Source: Takakia lepidozioides (taxonomy: Eukaryota; Plantae; Bryophyta). Taken from it: DNA of 64,000 nt. Below the pieces are notes generated by a model. The model ran no database searches, had not been told where the DNA came from, and saw nothing but the letters and a program-made list of their open reading frames with translations. The first letter of the stretch is position 1. Each line of letters starts with the position of its first letter. Positions 24,390 through 36,096 of the stretch are shown here, piece after piece. Position numbers and translations under genes: made by a program. The stretch is taken from the NCBI GenBank assembly GCA_030704615.1, contig CM060733.1, positions 32,054,001 through 32,118,000 of the forward strand, written 5' to 3'.

Positions 24390-24600
24390 TCAAACACTGG
24401 TGAACTGCTCTGCAACGCGACCTGATTTCAGCATCTCATCTTGGTTCTGGGTGAGAAGCTTCACTCGCTCGATGGGAGCCGCAGCAGTCTTAGACACAGC
24501 TGCAAAGACTCCACCCATAAGAAAGTTGATCATAAACCCTACGACACCCTTTTCCGCAGGTGCAGGAACAAAGTTCATAGGAGCGAGATTAGAAGGTACG
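24390..24600 (-). pseudogene. Captured fragment of mitochondrial ADP/ATP carrier
   Basis: [42 protein letters not shown]. Confidence 0.9.
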
Positions 24601-24744
24601 AGGCTCTGGCCTCCTCTTCACTGCTGCTGCTGACAGATTTGTGGTAGCTCTGTGTTGTAGAAGAAGGCATAACGGTGCTGTGTTACGGGCTGTTGGGTTG
24701 CATCACCTCGGACATGGGGTCGTGCGTCTACTAATGGGAGGATC

Positions 24745-25630
24745 AGTTCGAGCAACCTTGGCCAACTCTTTTCGGTCCTGAGAAGCAACCAGACTGCACA
24801 CTGCTCTTGGAGGTAATACTTCCTTTCCTATCTCTATCAACAAACCCACCATGTTGCGCATTTGTCTGTACAGAAAACCCGTGCCTTCCACTTCAAACTG
24901 CAATTGCGGACCCGTTGCAAGAACATTGAATTGAAGGATCTTTCTGATCGGAGGCCGCAGTGGTGGGTCGTTTGAAGTATTGGCGAATGCTGAAAAATCG
25001 TGCTCACCAACAAAGTAAGAGGCAGCTTCCTGCATGGCATGAGCATTGATCTCATGCCTTATGTGATGGGCATAAGAGCACTGGAAGGGGTCCATAACTG
25101 GAGCAACATAGGCCCTGTATTGATATATCTTTCTAAGGGCAGAGAATCGGGCATGAAATTCTGGTTGCACTGCGGACACCTCTCGTACTCGAATGTCATA
25201 GGGCAGAATGCCATTCAGGGATGTATGCAAGAATTGTAACTGGTCAAAGCAATATGGAGTCACAAAATGAGCCACCTGACCCCAGGCATGAACACCAGCA
25301 TCTGTGCGGCCTGCAGCGCAAAGAAGCAGCTGATCACGTGTGCATCTGGTCACCTTGGCCAGTGCATCCTCTACCAAGTACTGCACTGTCACACCGTTTG
25401 CCCTTGACTACAGTCGCCACCCTGAGTAATTGGTGCCATCATAGGAGATCACCAACCTCCATTTCCATGTGGGTTTGCTCTCCACGCCGACTTCAGTCTG
25501 AGTGAGCTCAACGCCACTATGAGGAGTCTTGAAGGTTAAAAGCCCGTTGTCTGGCTTCGCACTCTTAGCACGATTCATCTGACCACTGCGACAGCTATAG
25601 GGAGTTCTAAGTTCCTTGTAAACCCAACCC
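24745..25630 (-). pseudogene. Captured intronless tRNA pseudouridine synthase (TruA family) copy, C-terminally truncated
   Basis: KWRLVISYDGTNYSGW, AGRTDAGVHAWGQVAHF, FHARFSA, GEHDFSAF, GTGFLYRQMRNMVG; one internal stop. Confidence 0.9.
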
Positions 25631-25639
25631 CCATCGTTG

Positions 25640-25735
25640 TGCCTTATCACGATGGGCCCGTTCTTGTAGGGACAAATGGAACTCTTAACATTTATACCAT
25701 CTACTACGGTACTTTCACTGCTGCCCAGCTAGTAC
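25640..25735 (+). pseudogene. Captured antisense fragment of a PHI-1/EXORDIUM-like gene
   Basis: YHDGPVLVG..LNIYTIYYGTFT resembles the PHI-1 N-terminal motif. Confidence 0.65.
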
Positions 25736-26139
25736 CCCTTATGCACAGCCCACATAATCCTTCTCCCCCAACAAGCCCACTGGCCTGCTCAACACAAAGC
25801 CCAGCAAAGGCCCTCAACGAGAAGACCCCCGGCGCCACTGACACCACGCCCCCGCAGCCTCTCCATACGCCTGGGCCAGTTACCGGATCACCACACGCAC
25901 CTCGCACCTCGCCAGTAGCTTCACTGGCGCGACTCCTCAAGCTTCTCCAACATGCTGCGATTCTGGATGGGCTACTCTTTGTTTGAGCAGCATGCTGTGG
26001 ACGCCGAGCTACCACTCATTGAAGAAGAACGCTCTGGATTCGAACTGCAAAGCATTGGCCTCTGGCGACCTTCTCTACTATAATAGTGCTTAAAAACAAA
26101 AACATCATATCTAGCCTAGCACTGGAAAACTAGATAGAA

Positions 26140-26153
26140 TCATCTCTCTCGAG
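26140..26153 (-). promoter_or_regulatory. Putative self-priming PBS of the outer element
   Basis: 26140-26155 is a perfect 16-bp inverted repeat of 26238-26253 inside the 5' repeat; no TGG tRNA-type PBS. Confidence 0.65.
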
Positions 26154-26381
26154 TGATAGAAAAGCTAAGCACACACTGTTGACACAAAACATGACAACCA
26201 AAACCATCACTCTTTAGAATAGAAGTCGAGCCAGGGGCACTCGAGAGAGATGAGCTGCGCGACTGCCGCTCTCGTGAAGATAAGACGGTTCAGATTTAAC
26301 ACTTGACCTAAATCCAAGTGTTAAATACTAATAACTAGCTTTATTCTAGTTGTTTTCACACTGTGCTTATTTAACTTGACA
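26154..26381 (-). repeat. Repeat B, 5' copy (LTR-like)
   Basis: Homologous to 7877-8225; followed on the plus strand by TSD AGGC. Confidence 0.95.
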
Positions 26382-26649
26382 AGGCTCATCGGATAGCTCT
26401 GAGTCCTTCACTGAGGATGAGGATGAGTATGACTAGTCCTAGTCCATGTAAGTACCAGGGTCAGCCTACTGAACCCTTGTGAGCTTTTCAGCTCATTTCC
26501 AGTAAATATATTTCCATCTTTCCATCTTCCATCTTATTCATGTGTCGCACCGTCCTCACCCTCGATTCATGCTTGCTCAATTGTGTACATGCTAAATCAG
26601 AGAAATAGAACTGTAAAGTCTCCCATTATTATTTTATTAAAAAAACGAC

Positions 26650-27129
26650 TCCAGAGCGTCGCGAAAACCCACGCCTGGGCGTGGCGGAGCCCGACTCCTG
26701 CTCCTGCTGTTTTTTTTTTGTGCCCAATAGTCGCTTGGCGTACCACCCGGCTTACACCACATGTTTTTGGGTTTTAGGATGGGACTCCCGGGCAGGTTAG
26801 AAAAAAAAGGGGATGCAACGCCGCGCCGGCGTCCCCACCAACGCCGTCGGCTGGAGGGCCGCGACGGCGAGACGTCGCTCGAAGGAGGCCCCTGCCATCG
26901 GCGCCGATGGCCTAAAAAGCGACGTCCGGGGAGTTGGGGCGGGGGCTCGCGACCCCCATACGTCGCATTTTTGCGACATCATTTTGGCGACGCCCATGCG
27001 ACTGCCGCGCGACGGCCGGGCGTCGCAAATTCTGCGCCTACCCCCTGCCCGAAATGGGCGTTTTCCCGACGCTGCGGTGTGGCCGCGGCGAGGCTCAGGC
27101 GTCGTAAAGGCCCCCCTTTTCCTGTAGTG
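26650..27129 (+). mobile_element. CACTA transposon right terminus with subterminal repeats
   Basis: Ends ...CCCCCCTTTTCCTGTAGTG (revcomp CACTACAGGAAAAGG); many GCGACG/CGTCGC repeats. Confidence 0.85.
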
Positions 27130-28189
27130 AATAGATGTATAGTATGCCCGTCACTGCCTACATCGGTACAAAGGTGTCACCCAACAATGCAATCCCTTTT
27201 TCATACATAGCAACTGAGGTATACTCTGTCAATCGTAGCCTACATCGTTACTGAGGCATCATCCGAAAGTGGACTCCATGTTTCATACAGTAGTAGAGGT
27301 ATTATCTGTCATTGTGAGCCTATATCCCTAGTGCATGAAAGATGGTCGTGCGGGTGGCCACTCCCATTGGGTCTTGCTCTTTTCATTTGCATAGACTTTT
27401 CGAGGTTGGAAAGTCCTCCCATTTCAGTATGTTGCCAAAAAGTGATTTTAGGTTGGGGGGGCCTTAGGCTGCCCTTGTCAGGGTGGAAATGTGATGACAT
27501 ATGAACCTGCACATGAAATCACTCGTGTACTGTTAAATTACAGCTCAATCAACGTTCGAACATGCACCAAGACGATGGTGGCCAAAAGTCCACTTTTATT
27601 GCAGAATAAAGGACTATTACATGGTATGCGAAGTAAAAAACTATTGAGCCTCAAATTGCACTCATTTTCGAGGCATAACTATTGTTCAACCATCACTCCC
27701 AATACAGATGAAGCGGCCACTTGTCTCTCTACTATTGCTTGTACCCCAACTGTCTCGAAATAAGCTCGCATTCATCCTTCAAACATTGTTGCCTCTCTAC
27801 ACTCCATTGTCATTGTCAAATGCAGCAAATACTGGCGCTCCATCTCTTTAAATTGATCCTTGGCACCTTCATATGCCATATCCCGGATTGTTGCTGCTTC
27901 CTGCTTCCGTTAAGTATGCCGAATCAGGGAACTTGTGAGTGATGTAGCAATGCATGAAACTTTGAGACAAACATATCCATTAATTTGAATACATTGTGAA
28001 CTATGATACTCCGCATGTTACTCCTCCACAAGGATTAAATAGTCACTGTGGACATGGAATACGGAGGCATGCACACGGTCTCTTAATAGCATGTTATGCT
28101 GTTGAATGTATATACCAAAGACTGTTTATACTACTTAACATGACACCGACACATGGTTCTAGTATAATAACATCATGTTACAACAATGT

Positions 28190-29629
28190 TTAGAGACAAT
28201 TATGTACCTGTGTAAGAAGATACAACGGGTCTTGAATGAACTCATCGTCATCTGCTTCTGTGTTGTGTTCCTCAGCTTCGACGTCGGCTTCGGGAAGTTC
28301 TCCATGTGTAAGAGGTGGCACGAGAGGTTGGTTAGGGAATGGACCAACATTCTCGCGAACATCGTACACAGGTGGTCTCACCACCTTGCAAGGCATATGG
28401 ATCCGACTTCAGGCCTGTTTGAATATCTACATGAATACATGAAGACAACACAAACAATGGTCCGCGTAGTTTTTTACCCTGCTTCGCGTTCTTCAGCCTG
28501 AGAGACCACGGCTAGTACATGTGCAGGTAAATTGCGTCCGTTTTGCGTTATTTTTCTCACCCTATGATGGTTCCACCATGTCACAGCACGCTCTGCATCC
28601 TCTTCGATTACTGGCAAGAAAACAAGTATAAGTGAGCTTTTATGCCACATGTTGTCCATGCCAAGAATTCCTACTGCCTCCATCCCTTCGAATAGGTGTT
28701 TAAAAAACCATGCCAGATGTGTCCAAATCTGTCTCCAAAAATGCTCTATGCGCTGGTTGTGGCAAGACGACCCGGTCAAAAACGGTCGAGCCACCTCTGC
28801 CCGTGCATTCTCTATATCTCCACGAATCAATGCATGCTCTGGAGCATGGTCTGACCGTATTTGTATAGGGTGTCCATATTTGCCAATAGCATCCTCATAT
28901 CCTGCAAATAGAGTTTCTTGCTTCTTGTCCAAGGCTACTCGGAGCCATACTGTAATTACCCAACTTGATTACCGCATGACCTGGTGGGGGTTTTATGGGG
29001 ATTTTATTATCCTCATCCCGAATGCACAGGTTTATGATGCGAGCTTTCAACTTTATGCAATGCAGTGCCACAACAACAATGACTTCACATGCCTACTCTA
29101 ACAAAACAGCACTTAAATCATATATACGTAAATACAAAGACTTCTAGCATGTCGTGCTTACAATCCATCTGCCACATACGCATCGGCTGTGAAATTGTGT
29201 ATTGGCCTCTAAACAGTCTTCTGACCTGCCGACGTGTCATGTGTTCCGGTTGCATTGTTGGCAACACGTCTCTGACATGTCTTCGACCCACTCTTATTCC
29301 ATTCGTCCTCCGCAATAGGGTTTGAATAGCACGGATGTCTCTCAAGTGGGATAACACTTGCAATCGATGCTTGTAATTCTTCGTCCTCTAGCCTTGCGTA
29401 CACCCCTTGCCATCCATGGGCCACCAATGCCTACCGCAAATGCACCTTTGCTCAAGCCCAAACCATTGGCAATGCTCGTGATTGTTGCTTGGCGCAAATT
29501 GAGAAGTCTATCAACATATGCGACAAGATAACGCCCTGCATCGTCGTGGGCATCCATGCCCTGCTTTGTTTGGGACCAGCTGTGTGCAGTGGCTGCCAAG
29601 CCCACCATTCCGCCTTTATAGTTGTACAC
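28190..29629 (-). pseudogene. IS3EU-like (rve-type DDE) transposase, intron-containing and degraded
   Basis: GIRVGRRHVRDVL..RRLFRGQY..QPMRMWQMD, YGHPIQIRSDHAPE, GSSCHNQRIEHFW, VFLPVIEE..WWNHHRVR. Confidence 0.75.
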
Positions 29630-29932
29630 ATATCAAGCATTCAACATTAACGAGCCCATTTGACAATGCAAGATATCATGCGGATCATGTACAAACGTAT
29701 ACCCTTTCAAGTGCTTTTTTAAAAGAAAAGCAGATGGACAATATAGGCTTCCTCTCCTAATTTTATTCAGTGTTTTTTAGTGTTTCAAATTGACTCTAAA
29801 CTTGAAGGACCGCATTCATTTGTAATCTCAGGATTGCAATTGTATTTGTAACGGCTCTATAGTTGGGCTAAATTCTATCTGCGTATACACCGGTAAGGGT
29901 ATACCATTTTTTCATAAAAAAATTCCCCCCTT

Positions 29933-31593
29933 TTACGTAGGTATCACTCGCACAATTAATGGCCGTTTCATATACCAATTCATGTATAGCCTATCATGGT
30001 GGGTGGGATTATATTGTCGTGGTGATGTGGTCTCGCTAAATACACCTATTTGCTTTGGGGCACTGGTTTCATGCGATCCCAGCAGACCCCAATAGAGTGA
30101 GGTATGTTGATCTTTTGGATGGGGGCTGACACTTCCTAGGCCTATTATATAATAAAGTAGCCGATATGGATCTATGTTCTTTCTGGATATTGCTTGGAAG
30201 CCATTAGCAAAGTACATCAGGTGTTCAGCAATCACAATTGCGTAACTCAACCTTCACAGTACCAAATGTCAATGCATACTCCATGTGGGCATTCCCACTA
30301 TACCATGCAAAAGGGCGTGTTGGTCTCAGCCCCGTGTTTACTTCCTCGCAATGTAAGTAACCACAACCAACCCCTCAATTATTCATTGGAATGAATGAGC
30401 ATGCACCCTAAAACCCCAACTTGCCAATTCGGTCATCCGAGTGCCATTTCCATACCCACATGTATACTCAAAATTACCTCCGTGTGCATGTTTTGTGCTC
30501 ATGGTACAAGAACAGCGAGCGTGCCACCTCTGCACGTAGCTTTCAGCGGGGCACCTTCCAATAGTCCTTCCCATCTCGGAACACTTTATTTAACCGTGCC
30601 AATTCAGAAATGTGACCTTTGGCTTGTTTGCAAGCTTCTGTCTTACAACCTTGCCACAAGCATTGGCACCAATGACGTCTTCCACTGCCTTCAATGTCAA
30701 GTCTCCTTCACCCCAATTGTTAATACGAAAATGCTGGAATATGTCATCTTCAAACAGTTTGGCTAACAATGGCACCCGTTTTGCCCTCTCATTTTTCTCC
30801 ATTGTTGAGCTACTACGCAAATCTTCCCACAATGCATTTGCCCTCGATGTGAATCTAGCCCGAGTCTTTGCATCATACAGCCTCTTCCTCTTCTCAAGAT
30901 GTTCATAAAGTCTCATGTTCCTGTCTTTGTAATTTTGCTCCCTCTTCTTTTGTGGTGTAGGTCGACCGGGCTTACCTGGAGGGAGACAAAGACCTCCACA
31001 CTTCACTACCAAGTGACTTTGGAAGTTGTGCTTGTCCTTCCAACCTATGCTAGGCCCGTTCTTGCAAAGCAGGCAAAACTAGCCTCCAGTGTCGTTTCGT
31101 CTGTAGTGCACCCCTTTCGGCGCAAATTTTGAACCTGCACGAAAAGAATGTGCTCAAAATACTTGGTTTGGTGTGGAGTGGGGGCCATTCACTCCATGCC
31201 CACTTTCAAAAGGATTGGAACACAACGGGACATAACTTGCCTTTATCATGGACAGATGCCGGCAGTAAGACCTCTCTTGGAACAATGAATTCATCCGGAC
31301 ATTCCACATATCCTCTACGAATCCTGCAACACAACCATATCCCAGATATAAATACAAGTAGATTGGAATCAATTTTTATCTTCGAGGAGGTTTGACTGGG
31401 CATTGCTTGGTGTTGCTTGCCTGATTTCCGGGCTCTGGGTGTTCTTTGACCTCGTATAGTGTACCACATCACCCGTTGTCGCTGCATCAGTGCCAGAACC
31501 CACCTCTTTGTGCCGAACAGTGGCTACTTGCAAGGCATTTCGTGCACCTATGGCCTTCGACGTTGTCGTATTCGCTCTTTTCATCCTCGCCAT
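29933..31593 (-). pseudogene. Fragmented ORFs of unknown function between the transposase and HECT genes
   Basis: Several same-strand coding-like segments with Cys/His clusters. Confidence 0.3.
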
Positions 31594-31739
31594 CGGAAAG
31601 CTGACAGAGCCTCAGGAGCAGCCTGAAAATAAAACCAATAAAATAATTACTATCACCCACCCATATCATTGCGGATGTGATAGTATAGAGGGAAGGAGGA
31701 TACCAGCAGGAGGGGTAGAAGGAGCCCCACTGATGGGGG

Positions 31740-33474
31740 TTGCAATCATGCAAACGTCCCCTCGGTCTTCAGGAGCGGTTGTCGGCGTGGCGAGACGCAC
31801 AACTCCACGAAGGTCATGGTGCTGAGGAGGTTGCATTTCTAACAAAGTACCGACGCCAGAAAGAAGCTTCGTCCAATTTCCAGATATGTCATTTCCGCAC
31901 CATAGTATTGAGGAAGTACCGACAGACCATTTCTCAACTACCACCTCTTACGTTGAAGGTAAAACCAAACTCCAAATGGGTAAGGCTCATTATCTTCATT
32001 ATTTCGACCAACTTGTCATTGGATCCTCCACAATGTAGCATGTGATACAATCATGTGTGTGAGGTGCTCGCCTATCATGCATTCAGTACAAGTATCATAT
32101 GCTTGTTACAAATTTCGAAGGGGAGCGAAATGCGAGATCTGCAATGACAATTCCTGGCTGACAAGTCATCCTCATCGCCATTTTCTTCGCTTCGAATTGA
32201 GTACATGCTGGGAGGAGATGAGTTTACTCTCGTGAAGGATGGAACAGTGGATTTAGGAGGTCCACTACGACAAGCCCTCTCAGAGGCGTGGACGCAATTT
32301 TTCAACGATCCGGGGGTACGTGTCTCCTGAACTTGTCATGTGAATGCATGTTTGTACACACATCCTTTTGAAGGCTTAGGTTCTGACTCAGTAATGCATT
32401 CGTTGCACACTAAAACTCCGAATGATGCATGCAGCTATGCGGAGAGGTGTTTGTATGTATGCCCGACAGCAACATGCTGAAGTTGAAGCCGTGTCCACGA
32501 GTGTTTGTGGAGGTGAAGAGAAGCACCTTCCAGTTTTTCGGGCATTTGTTGTTTTTAATGACGCTATATGGAGTCAAGGTTGTCGGATTGATGTCATTGT
32601 CCACTCCAGCTCATGCATGTGGCAAGTTGCCTAGCAATGCAACGGATCCCATGGTTGACATGTGGATGGAGGACTACTCCAAACATCTTTCATACACAAT
32701 GGTTGGCAATGCAGGCATGTATGGTTGCAAAGGAGGATCAAGATCAAAGGGCAGCGAAGATGACCATGTGCAAGGATCCGTCGTGTGCAGAAGTTGCAGC
32801 AGGAATATTAACCATTGTAGTTGGGCCTACATTTGCAGATGAGGTCATGAAACTAGCCAGGAACATGGTCTTCCGGATGCTGTTCTCAAGCGTGCGACCG
32901 GCAGGAGAAGCCATGCAAGAAGGTTTTTAGTTCATGATGAGATGAGTCATCAACAACAATGGCGTTTTGGCAAGGGACCGGAAGCTCATCTTACAAAAGT
33001 TGCAAAGCATAGCGCCTCCAATGATAACATGAGTGTTTACCGGTGAGCGGCTTGTGGATGCCGAGGCGTTTGTAAACATTTGCACCTTCATAGATGTGCC
33101 TCAACTAGATGAGGTAAGCAGGGCCTACAACCACTCTGTCGCATACGCAAGCAATTCATTGTTTTGTTCGTTTTTCGTTCACATGACACAACGTGACCTT
33201 GCGTGTTTATGCACAGGAGCGGTTCAAAGACTGTGTTCAAGCCATGACATATGTTGAGAGATCGTAACTTTTCAAATTCATCAGCGACTCCTCTTTCTTC
33301 TTGTACGAAGGCATCAAGATCGAAGGCCAACCACACTTGCCCACAAACCAAGTTCCCACGGCTGTTACGTGCTACAACACGTTGTACATGTCGCTGTATG
33401 AGACCCTGGAGAAAATGAAGCTGAAACTGACATATGCAGCTCTTCACTCGGATGGCGCGTTTGGAGATATATGA
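31740..33474 (+). pseudogene. HECT-domain E3 ubiquitin ligase-like gene (degraded, with introns)
   Basis: DGTVDLGGPLRQAL, FQFFGHLLFLMTLYG; last exon 33217-33474 VPTAVTCYNTLYMSLYETLEKMKLKLTYAALHSDGAFG contains the catalytic Cys motif. Confidence 0.8.
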
Positions 33475-35454
33475 GAGACAAATGCTCACCAAGTTGTCAT
33501 CGTATGTTGATTCACTGGTGTTGTTAACATCAGTTATGTACACGTTGAGGTTTCCTCTCTTGTGACTGCTCATGTACGACTTGACCATGTCATGTGAGGT
33601 ACCAAAGTTTGTTCATTTGGCATGGTGTGTGGAAGCAGGAAGCAACAACAAAAAGAGATACGGCGGGCGAAGTTGCAAGGGAACGGCTTCTACAAATGGA
33701 CCCTCTTATTTGGTGCGTTAGACATTGACGATGGACTGTAAAAACGCATTAATATATGAAGCAGGAATGCGAACATACATGAGGTTGTTGGAGTAGAAGA
33801 GTAGAAACATCGAGACAACTGGCTATTTCATTGACAATAGGAGTGGTGTAGTGTAATGGTTGGGATTTGCACAGCCTGTTCCTCAACATCAATGATCTTC
33901 ATATTTCGTGTAGTGTTCATTGGTTTGACAATAAAACTGCATATTTGCCTACCTAATCCTTGTTGCATGTGCAACCGCTGATTGACGTTATATTTAACAG
34001 TAAATTTCAGATGCCAGTGTCATATACATTATCATGACCTTCCTATCCTCACAAGTGCAGCCCAAGACACCCCCCCCCCCCCCCCCCCCCCCCCCTCTCC
34101 GGCCCCCACACCCAGCCCAATCAAACTTCCCTTGCTAACATACTAAAATGGGACGACTTTGAAGCCTCCAAATCCCTATGAAAATCAAAATATGAAGACG
34201 CAATCACATTGGCCATCACTAGGACCACCATATTCCATGGAACGGGCATATGATTCCGGGGTGATGCCTCTGAAACGACATAAACTTGTGACTAACAGAT
34301 TACACCTCTATTGGGGTATACAACAGGGCATATATTTAAGGGTAAAACCTTACAAGGATGTCATCTGCTTGTGAAAAACTATACCTCTTCTGATATATTC
34401 AGCAGGACGCTGTTTTTCTGGTGATACCCTGCTTGAAAAGGAATGCGCAATGAGTGACATCCACACATCACCCTCAGATGGTGTTCCAGCTTCAACTTCA
34501 TAACGGGCGACAACCGTTGACAGTCACCCCTTTAAGCATGACAATGGGCGACTGTAACAGCGGTCGCCCATCTAATGGGTGGTGTGGAGGCGCAGGAAGT
34601 GGCGGGCACATTCGTGCTTCACCTTAATAACAATCGCCCGTTTACGGATGGCATTGGGGACCATATTCGCGGTCGCGGGCCCAACGAATGTAGGCCCGCG
34701 AGCACATGACTTGGCGGGTTCAGCATTTTTGAGGAACACGCGGATGCCCGTCCGAAATTGCCCGGCTCTCGGTGATACCTCTAAAGTGATGTACATCTTC
34801 AATGAAAGACCATGCCTCAAGGAGGGCATGGAGCACGGCATGGACTTACAGGCGATACCACAACAGGGATGTAGGCAATGGATTGCAGACTATACCTCTG
34901 CTGGTGTATGCAACAGGGCGACGATTTGCAGGTGATACCTCTGCAAGGGTGTGCGCTGCGAGTATCGCTCCTCGAGACACCCACCGGGCAGACGAAGCAG
35001 ACCGCCTCCATATCAACTTCCAGGGCGGTCCACGTTGGCGCTCGGCGGTCCGGCCTGGCAGTCCCCCAGCGGCAGTCCCACAGTGGCGGTCCTCGGTGGT
35101 GCCCGCGGGTGAGCTGGTCCGATAGGAGATTAGGCGACCGGCGGTGCGGTCGCCCGGGGTGATGAAGCGAGCACGGTGACCGTGGGCGACGGTTTCGACA
35201 GTCGCCTCTGTGGCGGAGCGACCGCCCAGGGTTGTGCCGGGCGACCTCAAGTAGAAGCGGTCGCCTGAGCGGCCCGGTGGGCCCGCTTATGTGGCAATTG
35301 GATATGCGGGGCAATAAAATAGTCATGTGTGGCATGACATATACATAGGCATCTGAAACCATGGATCTGATAATATGACATGTATGTGTGGCATGAATAT
35401 GAATGCCTCCTAGAAATGGACAGCAGGTTGGGAACAAGTAGGTACAATAACAAG

Positions 35455-35635
35455 TAGGATGTTGGGAACAACTAGTTGTTAACAAGTGGGATGTTTGGAT
35501 GTTAACAACGAGTTGTTATTTACTAACAAGAGCTTGTTCCGAACAAGTGGTTGTTAACAACTCGTTGTTATTCATAACAAGCTCTTGTTAGTAAATAACA
35601 ACGTGTTGTTAACAACCACTAGTGGTTGTTAACAA
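35455..35635. repeat. TTGTTAACAA-rich inverted repeat cluster
   Basis: GTTGTTATTTACTAACAAGAGCTTGTT and its reverse complement about 40 bp downstream. Confidence 0.6.
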
Positions 35636-36096
35636 ATATGAAAGCATATTTGGAAGATGCTTTAAAGAGAAGCATATTTGGGAAGATGCTTTGGTTAGAA
35701 GCATCTTTTGGAACATCATGTTGATGTATTGAAGGGTGTAGATGTGGTCAAATGGTACACACCATTTGACCACATCTACACCCATAACAACTGGGTGTGA
35801 AGAACAACGCATTGATGTTGTTATGGGTGTGACAGGGTTTGTCATGGGTGTGACTGGGACAGCGAGCGGGCGGAACAGGAACAGGGTTTCTGGTCAAAAA
35901 GTACTCCATATGCTGGTGTGAATGGATTCAAAGTGGTGATCAAAACCCCTCAAGAGAAACCCTACATTCATCCAAATACGAGGAGTCCAATATTTCATCC
36001 ATCCTTGCTCTCAACACAAAAGTATAAAGAGCAAGCTCGGAGCTATGGAGGGATGATGCAGCAAGGCTGAAGTGAAGTGGGGGCGTTGTGAAGGCG

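Larger units (their letters stand above)
7787..26381 (-). mobile_element. Ty3/gypsy-type retrotransposon with DNMT3-like methyltransferase, PHD-integrase and split direct repeats (defective copy)
   Basis: TG...CA termini, 4-bp TSD AGGC (7783-7786 and 26382-26385), gag-PR-MTase-RT-RH-INT-PHD order, repeats A/B/A...B. Confidence 0.9.

Noticed and set aside
24703-25392. Functional host TruA gene
   Set aside because: Lies inside the retroelement, has an upstream in-frame stop and a truncated C-terminus
7787-26381. DIRS/Ngaro tyrosine-recombinase element, suggested by the split repeats
   Set aside because: Encodes a protease and DDE integrase and has a TSD; no YR motif recognised
34500-35300. 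GC-rich overlapping ORFs
   Set aside because: Low-complexity GGCGACC/GGTCGCC repeats produce spurious ORFs on both strands; probably a TE remnant that I cannot classify
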